From Lama guanicoe (Eukaryota): a DNA stretch of 64,000 bases. The translations under genes and the position numbers were made by a program. The notes under the pieces were generated by a model that was not told the origin of the DNA, ran no database searches, and worked only from the letters and a program-made list of their open reading frames with translations. Location: positions 1,487,964-1,551,963 of the forward strand of contig MU054187.1 in NCBI GenBank assembly GCA_013239625.1. The letters are read 5' to 3'. Every line of letters begins with the position of its first letter. Position 1 is the first letter of the stretch. Positions 1 through 12,310 of this stretch are shown here, one piece after another.

Positions 1-57
1 GCAAAGGTCAGTGTCAAGGAGCTGTTCCCCCACGCTTTCTCCTTGCTGGACACCTTT

Positions 58-108
58 AGTATATACAATTTTTATACGTCAATCATACTCCAATAAAGCT
101 GGGGAAAG
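58..108 (+). mobile_element. Old L1 3' end fragment
   Basis: atatacaatttttat...tcaatcatactccaataaagctgggg resembles the L1M-type 3' terminus with its polyA signal. Confidence 0.5.
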
Positions 109-1859
109 TAAAGGAAGAAATTATGCATCGAGACTGAAAAAAATGTGCAAGACACTGAGGTCATAATTGTGAAAATATAGACCCTTTTCAACGCACTCAG
201 GGTCTAGGAACAGCTAAATAAACCATCCACCAGCAGCGTGAAGCACAGCCTCGACGTTTGCGCAGGAAGCGAAGGAAACGCGTCGGGAGCACATCTGCTC
301 TGCCTGGCAGGACGGGGAGGACTGGGGAGGGGTCTCTGGCGATAAATCGAGAGGAATCAGCCGGGAGGGGGAAGGTAAAAGGTAAGGGAAGTGTTCCGGG
401 CAGAAGAAACAGGGAAGGCCCACCAGCGACAAGGAGGGCAGCTTGCTGATGACACTGACGTGACTTCACGCGTCCCACCTTGAAACAGGCTGAGCCGTGC
501 ACACTCGCCTCACCGGGGCTCATCTGCAGAGATCAGATGAGACGAAAATGCACAGAGTGTATGAGAAGACAGGCGTCCCTACCTTCACTGGGGCGGCTTC
601 AGTTTACAGTAAAGACTTATTTTTAAATTATTATTTGATTGATTTAATTTATTGACATACAAGTGAAGATAATCTGAAGTTATTAAATGCAATCTATAAG
701 CATTATTCTACAAACGTACTACATTTTACCAAGTTATGTACAAGGGTTTTCGTATCTTAGATAATTAAAACCCTTTATACGTTATAAACATTATAAATTT
801 AACATATCCAATTTCCTAAGTGCCTAATTGTCTAACAAACAAAATGCTTCCAGTTACTAAATAAGTCTTATAAATCTAATGAGTTACACTCCTAAAGTTG
901 ATATATTCTCAGCGCTTTTAAATATTGCAATATGGCTTAAAATCTTAGTGAAAATTCCTCTTTATCTTTCAATCGTAAGTATTAAGATAACTAGTCTTTC
1001 TATATATTTCAAATAGAAAATAAGGTTATCTGTTAGGCCTCTAACCTCCCAAATTCTTTTAAGCATGACAAATACAGTGAGCGATATGAAATGTCTGCAG
1101 TTGTTCAAATGCAAAAGAATATTCAGAAAATGGGTTCAATTTTCTACGTAACTTTTTATATTTAATTCTATTTTTTCTGGAATTCATAGCCAGCACGCTT
1201 ATCCAGCAACAGTCACGCCACCCGAACAAACCCCGATTCTCTTTCCAGGACTTCTGCGTCACCCGTAGAGGGGTTTGGCTGGGAAGATGGCTCGGGTCTG
1301 GCCCAAGAGACTGAGCAAACGCAGGGAGCCCTGCTGCCCCGAGCACAAGGCCCCCTACCCACCGCGGACAGCAGGGCCTACAGAGTCGTCTGACTTAAGT
1401 CTGAAACCTACTGGCCAGAGCTCACCATCCGCTGACTGAATCAAACCCACGCATTTACTGCTTAATGCTGTTCTCCAAGGGTACTCCTCTCCTCCCCACC
1501 ATTTCTTTAGCTATTTCCCTGGCAGCCCTGTGAGCCTGTCACCTCACTCACACCCCCGACACTGGTCAGTGCCTGGTGCTGCCCTGGGCACCGACGCACG
1601 GCCAACGCACGTAAGTCTCATTCTCTCAGGGGCTGGCAGGCTCCGGGGTTCGTGTCCCACGAGGACGTAGATGGAGAATTAAACAAGACGGAAGAGTAAC
1701 TGGGTGACTCCTTTCATGAGTTGGTCAAATACGCCCTTTTCAAAAGAAAATGAGCAAAATCTATAAAACTGAGGGAGGACTGCTTCCTGGAGAGAAGGGA
1801 CAGCCAGTGAGATGGGACTGAACACAACGTATGTAAGCGTCTGAAAGTCAGTCAGGAAC

Positions 1860-2660
1860 ACAGCAGATGACGGAGAGAAGGGTCAGAGATGTGCCCACGG
1901 CCAGATCTCGCAAACACTTTTAGGTAAAGATGAATTTGGGGTAAGAAGTCATCAGAGTTTTAAGCAAGGGTGTGGTGGTCACATTAAAAAACAAACAACT
2001 CTCTATTGATTACTGCGTGAAAAACGGGTCTTAAGGGTTTAGAATGAAAGCAGTGAGACACGGATGCAAGGAATGAGGTGGCAGACGGTGGTGAAGCGGA
2101 CGTGGAGGTGCTGCGAAGCGGCCTGACTCAGGATGTGTTCTAAGCGCAGAATAAATAAGCCTTGCTGATGGGGGGGGGGGCTCCGGATACTGGGTGTAGA
2201 GGTGGAAGCCAGTTACCGCTGATGCACTGCTTCCAAATTTGGGGTTTGAGAAACAAGGTGGTGAGAGTTCTCTCTGGGGCACATTCAGTTTGAAATGCTT
2301 ATTTAACATCCAAATGGAAGCGTCAAGGGCACAGTCTGACATACACGCCTGGGTCACAGCGACCAGTCAGGACCTCGGAATATACGTGAGAGTCGTGACA
2401 TCCAGGTGTATTTAAAGCCAGGGAGCAGCTGGGATGACAGAGAGGGCAGGTAGACAGACAAGATAAAAGAGCCAGGGAGAGAGGGCTGCAGCATCATAAA
2501 GACAAGAAGGAAGGGAAGACAAACCAGGCGGGAGAAGAAAGTTAACGGGGACTATGATACGGAAGGAAAAACTGAGCTTTTTGTTAGATAGAATCTTGGG
2601 AAAGAAAGAGTTCAAGAAGGGAAAAGCGGCAGCCTGCGCCAAGTACTGAAACGCATCTGG
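1860..2660 (-). mobile_element. L2 (LINE2) remnant
   Basis: gagttctctctggggcacattcagtttgaaatgcttatttaacatccaaatggaag...cagtctgacatacacgcctgg matches the reverse complement of the typical L2a 3' region. Purine-rich degenerate sequence continues to about 3560. Confidence 0.75.
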
Positions 2661-3914
2661 GCGAGGCATAGTCAGAGAAGGCAGCCCCGGGACGGAGGAC
2701 GCTGGCGGGAGGCCAGCGCCTGAGCAGAGGGGGCGCAGGGGAGGAGCTGCGGCGGGGAGGGGAGCAATGTCTCAGCAGGCCCGCCCACAAACACACAGCG
2801 TCACGTTCTCCCAAGTGGGGACGCGAGGGGAGGAGGCGCCTGGACAGGTGTGTGGTGTCAAGGGGGCAAGTGACAGATGTTTTTATGCGATGAAAATGTG
2901 ATTTTATGATGAAAGATGTAAGCACTAAAAATAGCCATACTGGCGACGCAGGGGCAAGAAGAGGTGGCGGCAGGGACCAAGGCTCTCAGAAGCAAGGCCA
3001 GTAGTCGGGTAAGGCTGGGTCTTTGAAGAAGCTGAGACAGCTCACTCCCTGTAACGAGAAAGGCGGTAGGGGACAGGGAGTAAATGGAGGCACATGGTTG
3101 ATGCGTTGATTACGAAACAGAAAAGATGCAGATTGTTTCCATTTTTCTCGGAGATACGTAAAGTAAGACCATCAGCTGAAAGGGGAAGGGGGCTGGATTT
3201 AAAACTTGAGGAGACAGAGGCTGTCCAACAGACATTTTAGAAAGAGCAGAAAACACAGTAAGCAAGTGTGGACAGACTGCTGGACGCGAGAGCGCCTGTC
3301 TACCATCTGAGGTCATGAATTCAAGTGAGACTTTGGAATGGCACTGCCACGCTCCCCGGCAGAGTGGGGCTCGACGGATTCTGCAAGCGTTGACTTTCTA
3401 TCAGAGGAACTTAACAGGGGAAAGATAGGGGAGCTAAGAATGTCTGCAAAAGAGAAATTACAGCAAATTACCATGACATCCAAGCTGGATAGGAAGGATT
3501 TGACAGCAAAATAAGGCAACTGAGAGGGAAAAGGAGGTGGTGACGCGGGGACTGGTGGTGACTGGGAGAGGGGATGACGTGGGGGGGGAGGGACAGAACA
3601 GCATGTGAAGTTAGGTTTTACACACATGTATATTTGGTTCTGAAATATTTGAAACTGTAGCAATTAAACATGACTGAGTTCTTCACAGCCGTCTGTCCTT
3701 CCAGAAACAAAGCATGTGGACATACCGAGTACTAACATACTTATTATCAATCTTACGTGTATGTATTTCCCCCCGCTTTAGGGGGAAAATTTCTCATCAA
3801 AATGAACTTAAAGAAATTCATTTAAATAAATTCCGTAAAACAGAAATTTACAACAGCTACTCATAATTTAGAGGATGCAATAAGAGCAAGAGAAAAAATA
3901 TTCAAAGTGGTTTA

Positions 3915-5020
3915 GATCAACTTCTAGTTTCCAGTCTGACCTTTAAGGGATTTGAAAGTCATGGCTCCAACACTGAAACAACTGAAAGTCAAAACTCTTA
4001 TTAGCTTCATCAGACAGTTGCGGTCAGAAGGCACATCACTTCCCCCAAAGCTGGAGAGGCGACAGGCAGATACAGAGACTCACAGCTCACCCGGCAGCAG
4101 CCCAGGAGCAGACACGGCCGCTGGCATCAGTCCAAAGGCAGGAGCAGTCTAGCTATGACTGACCGGGTGCTGGAGGCTCAGGGCGGACAAGTTCAGATCT
4201 ACACCCACGCTTATCATAGTCAACCTGCAAAACTCAAAGACCAAGTAACAATCTTGAAAGAAGCCGGCGGTGGGGGGGGAACTTACTCATTGAGGGACAA
4301 GGATAAGAATTACATCTAGCTTCTCTTCAGAAATCATGAAAGCAAGAACAGAATGGAACAAGATATTTAAAATAATTGAAAGGAAAAACCCAACAACCTA
4401 GACTTTCATACCCTGTGAAGTTATCTTTCAAAAGTGAAGGAGAAATAAAGACTTTCTCAGACAAACACGAATGGAGTAACTGCGCTGTCAGAAGACCAGC
4501 CTGCTTTGCAAGTAATGTTATAAGAAATTCATTAGAAAGAAGGAAAATGAGAGCAGGCAGAGCTCAGCTCTACATAAGGGAAGGAAAATCATTAGAAAAT
4601 GAGTAAATGCTAAAATAATACGTATTTTTCTTATTCTTAATTGACTGAATAGGCAACAGCTTGTTTAAAATAATGACAAAACATTTGATGATTGTACCTT
4701 ATAGGTATGTGAAATGAATGACAGAAATGCCATAGGAAGGGGCGGGAGGGACTGTAAATGCTCTATAGGAAGCTAACTTCACGAGCCATGGAAAAATGAC
4801 TTGTGCTGTTTGGAAGAAAACGTGGATTAGGTGTAAATGTATAGAACTCAAGGGCAGTACTAAAAACAATGATTGCTACATGAAGAGAGGAGAAGAAATA
4901 AACAGGATCATTGGAATCATACATCATTTTAAATGTCAGTGGTCTAAATCCACTAGTTAAAAGAGTCAGACTGTCAAAGTGGATAAAAACACAAAACCCA
5001 ACTGAATGTTGCCCACAAGT
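3915..5020 (+). mobile_element. Old L1 (L1M-type): 5' region, ORF1 C-terminus and ORF2 start, degenerate
   Basis: ORF 4376-4606 QPRLSYPVKLSFKSEGEIKTFSDK matches the L1 ORF1p C-terminal motif. 4928-5019 encodes a degraded LNVNGLN..KRQRL..WIKKQDPT.CC endonuclease start. Confidence 0.9.
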
Positions 5021-5059
5021 GACAGTGGCTTAGGCCACACGTCGTGGTGCTCTGCGGTA

Positions 5060-6750
5060 CCTTAGTCTTTCCGTAAGTCTGTTCCATATGTACACCCTCT
5101 TCACCTGGACACCCCCCCCAAGACCCTGACTCCTTAAGACATCAGATTATGTACTGATTAGAACATCCATGCTTCCCCTGGGGGTGAAGGTCCAAGGGGC
5201 CTCCCAGGGGTGCCGGCTTAGTGTTCTGTTCGGGTAGCTCTTTAACTGGGCTCTCCACCTGAAACTCTCCTGGCCCCCATCTGGTTTCCAGCTGAGCTGG
5301 GGCTCTGAGAAGAGCATCATCAAAGTGCTCAGTCGCAGTCTCTGCCCCCTTGGTGATGAGCCTCCTGGACGTGGAGCTGATTTGGGACCCAAGTCGAGTA
5401 TCTAAAATCCCTAGAGAACACAGCACGGTGGGGCCCACACTGACCAGGCGCCGCATACGCCGTGCGGCTGGGCATTCACTGCCTCAGCGCTGCTGAAGGA
5501 GGGCCTGAGCCCTAGCTGTATACCACTAGCCCGTCGATCAGGTGCAGTAACTCCCAGACCCATCCCCACTTGGGTACGACGTACGAAACTGCCTGGAAGC
5601 AGGCTTTCGCACTTTGGGGGATGACTTACCACTACCAGGGCCCCAGCTCACACACTGGAGACTCCAGAGAGGCGTTGCCAGGCCAACAGAAGCATCCCAA
5701 ATCCACCTCCCGCAGGCTGGCGGGTTCCCGCTGCCGACTCCCTGACGTGGGCCTCATCCCCAGACGTATCCTTACATCCAGAAGAGCAAACCCAGCTCCC
5801 AAGTGCCGTCGGCAACCACGGCCCGCTTCCCGTTGTGCCCAGACACCCAAGCGAATGCCTCAGCAGCGTCCCTTCCTGACTGAGGCCACACAGACACGAC
5901 GACTACGCTGCCTGGCGTTCCCTACCCTGCACAGTGGTGGCGTTTCTCTAGGTCATCAGGGAGGAAACAAGGATTGTGAACAGGCCCTCTGAGCTGCAGA
6001 CTGAAGAGGGCTGCTGTCAGCTTCTCAATGGATGCAGTCGGGGGAGCTGCGCGTCCCTCCCTTTCACACAGTTACCCGGGGGGATATTCAGGCAGAGCTA
6101 AAGAATCTCCTTCCACGGAAGAAACGGAGGTGCCTCCCCACCTTTCAGCACCAGATAGAAGAAAGACACTAGGTGCGTCGCTCCCTTGCGCTGAGCCAGT
6201 TACTCCCAAGGAAAAGTGCTATCGCGCTGCTCCTGGGCCTGCGGCCCACGTGGGAGTGACCTTCTGTCTGCCGTGGTCTCCCCATGAGCACTTACTGCCT
6301 GTTTCACCCCGATCCTTGCCCCCTGGCAAGTTATCCCTTGCTGACTCAGCTTAACCACAGAGCCTGCAGCAGCAGTAGCCCTGAAGGCTCTTCTCTTTGG
6401 CCACATCCCCAAGGAGATGTCATGGGACTTGGCAGAATCACAGTGCCAGCTGTCACTCACTATTGGAGCCATTTTCACAATGACCTGTAAAAATCAGCCG
6501 TGACCCACGCTGATATACCTTTAGGAAACTTGATGGAAGCAACTGAATGTCAAATACAATGAGATGGAAGTCACCATCTGTGCACTCACAGCACCTTCCA
6601 CGTACCTGTGCAAGTTGAAACGTGGACCTGGGACCAATGAATTGGGCAAAATGAAAGGAACATTTTGTGAGGGGGAAATATAAACTTATGTCATTGATTC
6701 TTCCTGACCCCTCGCTCCCACTTCTCAGCCACAAACATGCAGTGCAGCCC
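5060..6750 (-). mobile_element. Probable ERVL-class internal (gag/pol) remnant, highly degenerate
   Basis: Resembles old ERVL/ERV3-16A3-like internal sequence from memory. No intact ORF and no clear RT motif, so boundaries are approximate. Confidence 0.35.
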
Positions 6751-7008
6751 CACTGCCTGCCCGTTCACCACAGACACCGTCAGCCGTGAGCACACCAGCC
6801 CCCGGACCGATTTTCACTCTGTGGACGTAACAAGTCTTCTGTTTGCTCATCGCGATTTTCAGTGCGGCAGCTGCTGGGAGGGTGACAGGGACTGGGGTGT
6901 GTTCATGTGATTATGTCTCACCGCCTTTTCTGCTTGTATTAAAGAGACAACTACAGGCTGACGAGAGAGAGAACTTGCTGTTTTCAAACCTTCTGTTGTG
7001 TCCTCCAG

Positions 7009-7026
7009 GGATGCCCACGTCACAAG
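7009..7026 (+). other. Candidate 18-nt frame-preserving microexon
   Basis: ccttctgttgtgtcctccag|GGATGCCCACGTCACAAG|gtaagt: pyrimidine tract with CAG acceptor and a consensus AAG|gtaagt donor. Confidence 0.2.
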
Positions 7027-7204
7027 GTAAGTAAAGAAGAGGTTCTAACAAATGTGCATTTCTGTCGGCACCCACCCTCACCCCTCAAAGCAGTCAAAAG
7101 GACAGCGACGCGCTCACGCCTTTCTCTGGGGGTCTGGCCTGCAGCTGCTTCGAGCTTTCGTGTCCCGGCCATGGTGCCGCCATGTCTTCTCACACGGGCG
7201 GCTT

Positions 7205-7565
7205 CCTGTCGCCTGAGGCCGTCCTGCTGTAACAACCACCACCTGCTGGGTGGCTTGTAAACGTCAGAGATTTCTTTCTCACAGTATGGAGGCTGAGTTT
7301 CAGTTCAAGGCGCCCGCCTGGTTAGATCGAGGTGGGGGGCCTCCTCCAGCTTCACAGGCAAATCTTCCTCGCTGTGTCTTCACGGGGCGCCAGAGTAAGG
7401 GACCTCGGTCGGGTCTCTTCATGAGAACGCGAATCCCAGTCATGGAGGCTCCACCGTCCTGGCCACGTGACCCTCCCAAGGGCCCTACCTCCTAGGACCA
7501 TCATATCTGAGGCTGGGATTCCAACATCTGAGTTTTGAAGGGACATAAACGTTCGGACCGTAGCA
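7205..7565 (-). mobile_element. MaLR LTR (MLT1A/MST-like)
   Basis: ctgctgtaacaa...gggtggcttgtaaac...tctcacagtatggaggctg...cctcccaagggccctacctccta...gggacataaacgttcggaccgtagca is the standard antisense MaLR LTR layout. Confidence 0.85.
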
Positions 7566-8295
7566 CGTCTGACGCAGAGGAAAGGTCACCCCGCGCTGGG
7601 CGAGTGGCCTGTGTGTCGGCCCACACACTTCCTAGCTCGGCTAACAGACTAAGGCTCCTCGCTCAGCGTTCCAGTACCTCCGGAGCTGGGGACCGGCTTG
7701 TGATTTCTGCAGGGAGAGGACGACGGACAGACACGTGGTCGAAGTGAACTGTCAGAGACGCTTACACACGTGGGGCCGTCACCGGGAGCGCCTCGCTCTG
7801 CCCACCTTTCCTGACTGTGTGTATTTCACATCCAGGCGCTACCCGGGACTAACTTACAACACCTCAGTCACTGGCACCCGGACAGTCACTAGTGCCCCAG
7901 ATAATTGTAACATCACTATAAATACTTGTAATAACTCGTTACCCAGCAGAAGTAAATGCACTTTAACTTCAAAAGTGTTAGCATATTCAACGTCTCTACC
8001 TACGGAGAAAAGCACTTGCCGGCTTAATGTCTGTAATCACAGATGTGGGGACAGCCGAGAGCCGTGTGATCCCATTTTTATTTTGGGGGGGGTGCTTCTT
8101 TGTTTTCACAAATATTACTTCCCCTGAAAGATTCTAAAGCACCTGGTTACACCGTGCAGCTCACCCTAAGATATCTGGTTTGAATGTTAATAAAGTGCCC
8201 CATTAAATTACCCTGATACATCTCTCCTGCACACTGAGCCGTCTGAAGCCCTGCCAAGGAAACCAGCAGAAGGAAACAGTGACTGCCTCTCTTAC

Positions 8296-8558
8296 CTGAA
8301 TGAAAACGAGGTAAATAAAGAAATACTGATGAAGCATCAATGTCAGTGCAATAAGAGAGAAATAATGGGGTGCAAAAGCATCCCGCAGAATGCTGATGTC
8401 ATTTGACGTGTCTCCCAAGGCACAGACGGGCTGTAAGACCCTGTTGCCGACGGGCTGTCTCGCTCTGGGCGCGGACGGGGTGCGGCAGTCATGCGGCCAC
8501 CTGCAGGGGGCTGCAGGCAAAGCTGCTTCACCGGCGGTGCCGGCGTGTTGTGAGATTC
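8296..8558 (-). other. Candidate exon of a minus-strand transcript
   Basis: Acceptor tatttccttcag and strong donor CAG|gtaaga. One frame is open, but the product is not recognised. Confidence 0.25.
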
Positions 8559-9374
8559 CTGAAGGAAATATTTTCATCGACAGCCTGGCGAGTATCAGGT
8601 CCACAGAACTGAACTAAAAACACCTACTCCTGTCAACCTTTTAAGACAACAGTAAAAGGACAATGGATTTGTGAAATAATCTCAAAAATACATCCTTCTA
8701 TTCAGGGCAAATCAAAACGCCAACTTGGATATAAACACGTTGCAGAAGGACGATGTCCGGACTTCTAACAGCAGAACTGAGTATAGAGAAGCTAGTATGA
8801 CTTTTTATTTTATTTATGAGGGGTAAGTGAGACTTCATGTATCTGGAAACCAAAATAACCACGGTTGAAACAAGATGGCAATTCCTGTCTCTCACAAAAG
8901 AATCTGAAAGCAGGACACCCCATCACACCTACGGTAACTCCTCGCTGTCACCCTAGACGCAGTCTCCAAGCCTGTGTCCTCCCGTCCTCAGTATGAACAG
9001 CATCCCCAGCTCGCCTCATGCTCCAGCGCGGACCCTGAGCACTCAGACATCCTGCCAGCCTAACGGCAGAGGGAAGGAGGAGATGCAGCCAGGCCAAAGG
9101 ACCGCAGGAAGCAGGCTGCAATCTCAGGGAAGGCTGTTGCTCAGATACCATCGCTTAGCAGCAAGGCCACACCTCGGAGCAGGGATGTAATCTTTCATGA
9201 CACGGCAACATGACAGCATTGGGGCTTCACAACCAGAGGAGGAGGAGGAAACAAGAGATCATGTTTTGGAAACATAGATCAGTTTCAGCCATAAAAAGGA
9301 AAATAAGGAATTTCTGTTTCTACTGTAATTGTTAAGACACACTTTTGTTTGGGGTTAGACGTCCTAGACTGAAA

Positions 9375-9500
9375 CCCAGGTTCTGCGAATCTTCAGGTTT
9401 TAGACACGGACGTGTGACGTCAGCTCTCTGGGCCCCACTTTCCAGCTGTAAAATGGGGACAGCAGTAGCACCTTTTCTGTCTGAGAACAAAATAAGATAA
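9375..9500. mobile_element. MIR remnant
   Basis: ctctctgggccccactttccagctgtaaaatggggacag matches the MIR core. Confidence 0.65.
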
Positions 9501-9504
9501 CGTA

Positions 9505-12079
9505 TTAATGCACTGCTGGCTGTGATTTGCTAATATTTGGTTGAGGATTTTTGTATCTTGTATCACGATAGACATTGATCTGTAGTTTTTTTTCGTTTTG
9601 TTTTGTTTTTGCGACTCTGTCTGGTTCTCATATCTGGGCAATATTAGCCTCATAAAATGAGTTAGTAGATCTTTCTTTTTCTTCTATTTTATGTTTGTAA
9701 AATTGGTCTTAATTCTTTAAAATTTTGGTAGGATTCTCCAGTAAAACCACCTGGGCCTGAAGACTTCTTTTTCTGGTGCTTTTAAATTGCAAACTCAATG
9801 TCTTTTATAGTTACAGCAACATTCATCTTTTCTGTTTCATCTTGGTTGCAAACTGATAGTTACTGTTTCTGAGGAGTTAATCCATTTCAGGTAAGTTGGC
9901 AACTTTATGGGAGCAAAGTTGTCTGCACACACGAAAAATGTGTATACTGCAGACAACTTTACTTATATTCTTTATTCCCTTTTCAATGGCCTCAGAACCT
10001 GCAGTGATGTCCTGGGTTCCATTCTTGATACTGGTGATGTCTGTTTTCTCTCTTTTTCTCTTTGCCAGTCTTGCCAGAGGTTTTCCAATTTTACTGATTT
10101 TCCTCAAAGAAACAACTCTGTATTTCATTTTCTCTGCGGTTTTCCTGTTTTCAATTTTCTTCATTTTTGCTTTTACGTCCTTTCTATTAACTTTGAGTTA
10201 ATTTTCTGTTCTTGTTTGAATTTAGGGAGGGAAGAATTTAGACTATCAAGTCAAAACCTTTTCTTTTTTCTAATGAAATATTTAATGCTATAATTTCCCT
10301 GTCAGCACTGCGTTAGCTGAATCCACGTTTTGATACGCACCATATGCATCTTCCTTCAGTTCTGCACACTTCTGATACTTCCTTTGAGATTTACTCTTTG
10401 ACCCGTGGATTATATAGAAGTGTGTGGTTTATTTTAAAGTGGTTGGAGATTTTCCTGTCATCTTTCTCCTGTTAATTTCCAGCTTGATTCCATTATTGTC
10501 AAAGAACATACTCTGTATAATTAAATATTTTAAAAATTCATTGAGTGTTTTATGAACAACTATATGGTCTCCATCCTGGGATGTGTTCCACGGGCACCTG
10601 AGGAAAAAAATGCATATTCTGCTCTTGTTGAGTGTAGCGCTCACTCAGGTCAGGTAGAGTCTGTTGGCCAATGGTGTTTGGTTCTTCCGCATCCTCGCTG
10701 ATTTTCTGTCTGGCTGTCCTTTCAGTTGTTGAGTGAGTTGCTGGTGCCCCCAGTTTAACTGTGAATTTGTCTTTCTCACCCGTCAGTTCTGTCAATATTT
10801 TTGCTCCACAAATCTTACAGCTCTTTCATTCAGTGCATGCACACTTAGGACTGCTGTGTCTACTGTGTTAATTGACCCTCTGTCATTATTTAATTGTCCT
10901 CCTGTCTCTAGTAATAGTCTGTGATCTGAAGTCTGCTTTATGTGATTTTAATATAGCTACTTATGCTTCTAGAATTAATGGTTTCATGATATATTTTCCA
11001 TCCATTTGCTTTTAAGCTAACTATACAACTGTACTTTAAGTAATTGTATTTTAAGCAATTTCCTTGTATTTGGCATATAAATGGTGATTAGTTGCTGTTG
11101 TCTGATCCACTTTGCCCACCTCTACCTTATAATGGGTGTATTTAGACCATTGCCATAAATGGTAATTATCAATATGTGAGGGCTCACATCTGCCATATTA
11201 ATATATGGTTTTTGCTTGAATCCCTGTTTCTTGATTTTCTGCTTCCCCTTTCTTATCTTCTTCTGGGTTACCTGAATGTTATTTAGGGTTGCAGCTTGAT
11301 TTATTTACATTCTCTTTTTTTTATTCAGAATTTAGTATTCTAATTTTTTTGCAATTTTCTGTGCATCACATGTGGCCCTTTAATACATTGCTTCACACAG
11401 GCATTTCAGTCATGTTCCAGGTACTCGAACACACATCCTGCAGCCCACCGCTGCCTGCTGATAGCAGTGCTTCATCACTTCAAGTGAAGTGTAGGAATCT
11501 CACCTCCATTTAGGTCTCTGTACACTCTCCATTCTTTAAATATATTTTCCTTAAGCATCTCCTTGGCAATACGGTCCACATCCTATCACCTGGGGGTCTA
11601 AGTTTTGCTTCAACTATGAAATACCGTTTATGAACTTACGAGAAGCTCCCTTGGGTAGCTGTTGCTGTTCTTACTCCTTCCCGTGTTTTCTTCCGTTTCT
11701 AACCCTTTGTCACCATCTCCTTTCTGTCTGTAGAACCTCTTCTAGCCACTTTCCAGGGGGGTTTGTCAGTAACACATTCTCCAAGCTTTGCTTCTGCCGA
11801 GAGCGCCCCGGCTCCCGTCACACCCAGAGGTGTCTGGCGGGCAGCGCTCACGGCCGGCCCTCCTCTCTCAGCACGCGAACTGCCGCTTTCACGGCCTCCG
11901 TGGTTCAGAGGAATCACCTGCTAGCAGTCAGACTGGTGCTTCCCTGCAGGGAAAGTGTCCTTTCTCCTGAGGTGCATTCAAGGTTTCTGTCTTCACTTTG
12001 CAGAGGTGTAGCTATGATCTGTCAGTGCGGATGCCTTCGAGTTTATCCTTTTCGGGGTTGACTCAGCTGCTTGAATCTG
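9505..12079 (-). mobile_element. Old L1, antisense (ORF2 endonuclease/linker region and upstream sequence)
   Basis: ORF 9877-10164 (KIGKPLARLAKRKREKTDITSIKN..DIT) and ORF 10429-10644 (IIQSMFFDNNGIKLEIN) are recognisable L1 ORF2p segments with many stops and frameshifts. Confidence 0.92.
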
Positions 12080-12310
12080 AAGGGGGTCAGAATACTCTTT
12101 GGCATAAGGATTATTTTGAGATAAATATTTCTGAGATTCAACAGATGCAGAAAGAAGCCTTCCAGAGCTTCCCTCACCTGACCCACACGCAGGAACTTCT
12201 CGTAAATGAGGACCACAGGAAAGTTCTGTCGCCGTGAAGCAGGCAGAGCTGGCACCAGGATGGACCTTCACAAACAGACCCCTGCCGAGACGGCCCTGGT
12301 CTGGCCTCTA
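12078..12310 (+). mobile_element. ERV1 LTR fragment (MER34/MER39-like)
   Basis: tgaagggggtcagaata...tttggcataaggattattttgag shares motifs with the LTRs at 35417 and 45265. Confidence 0.65.
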
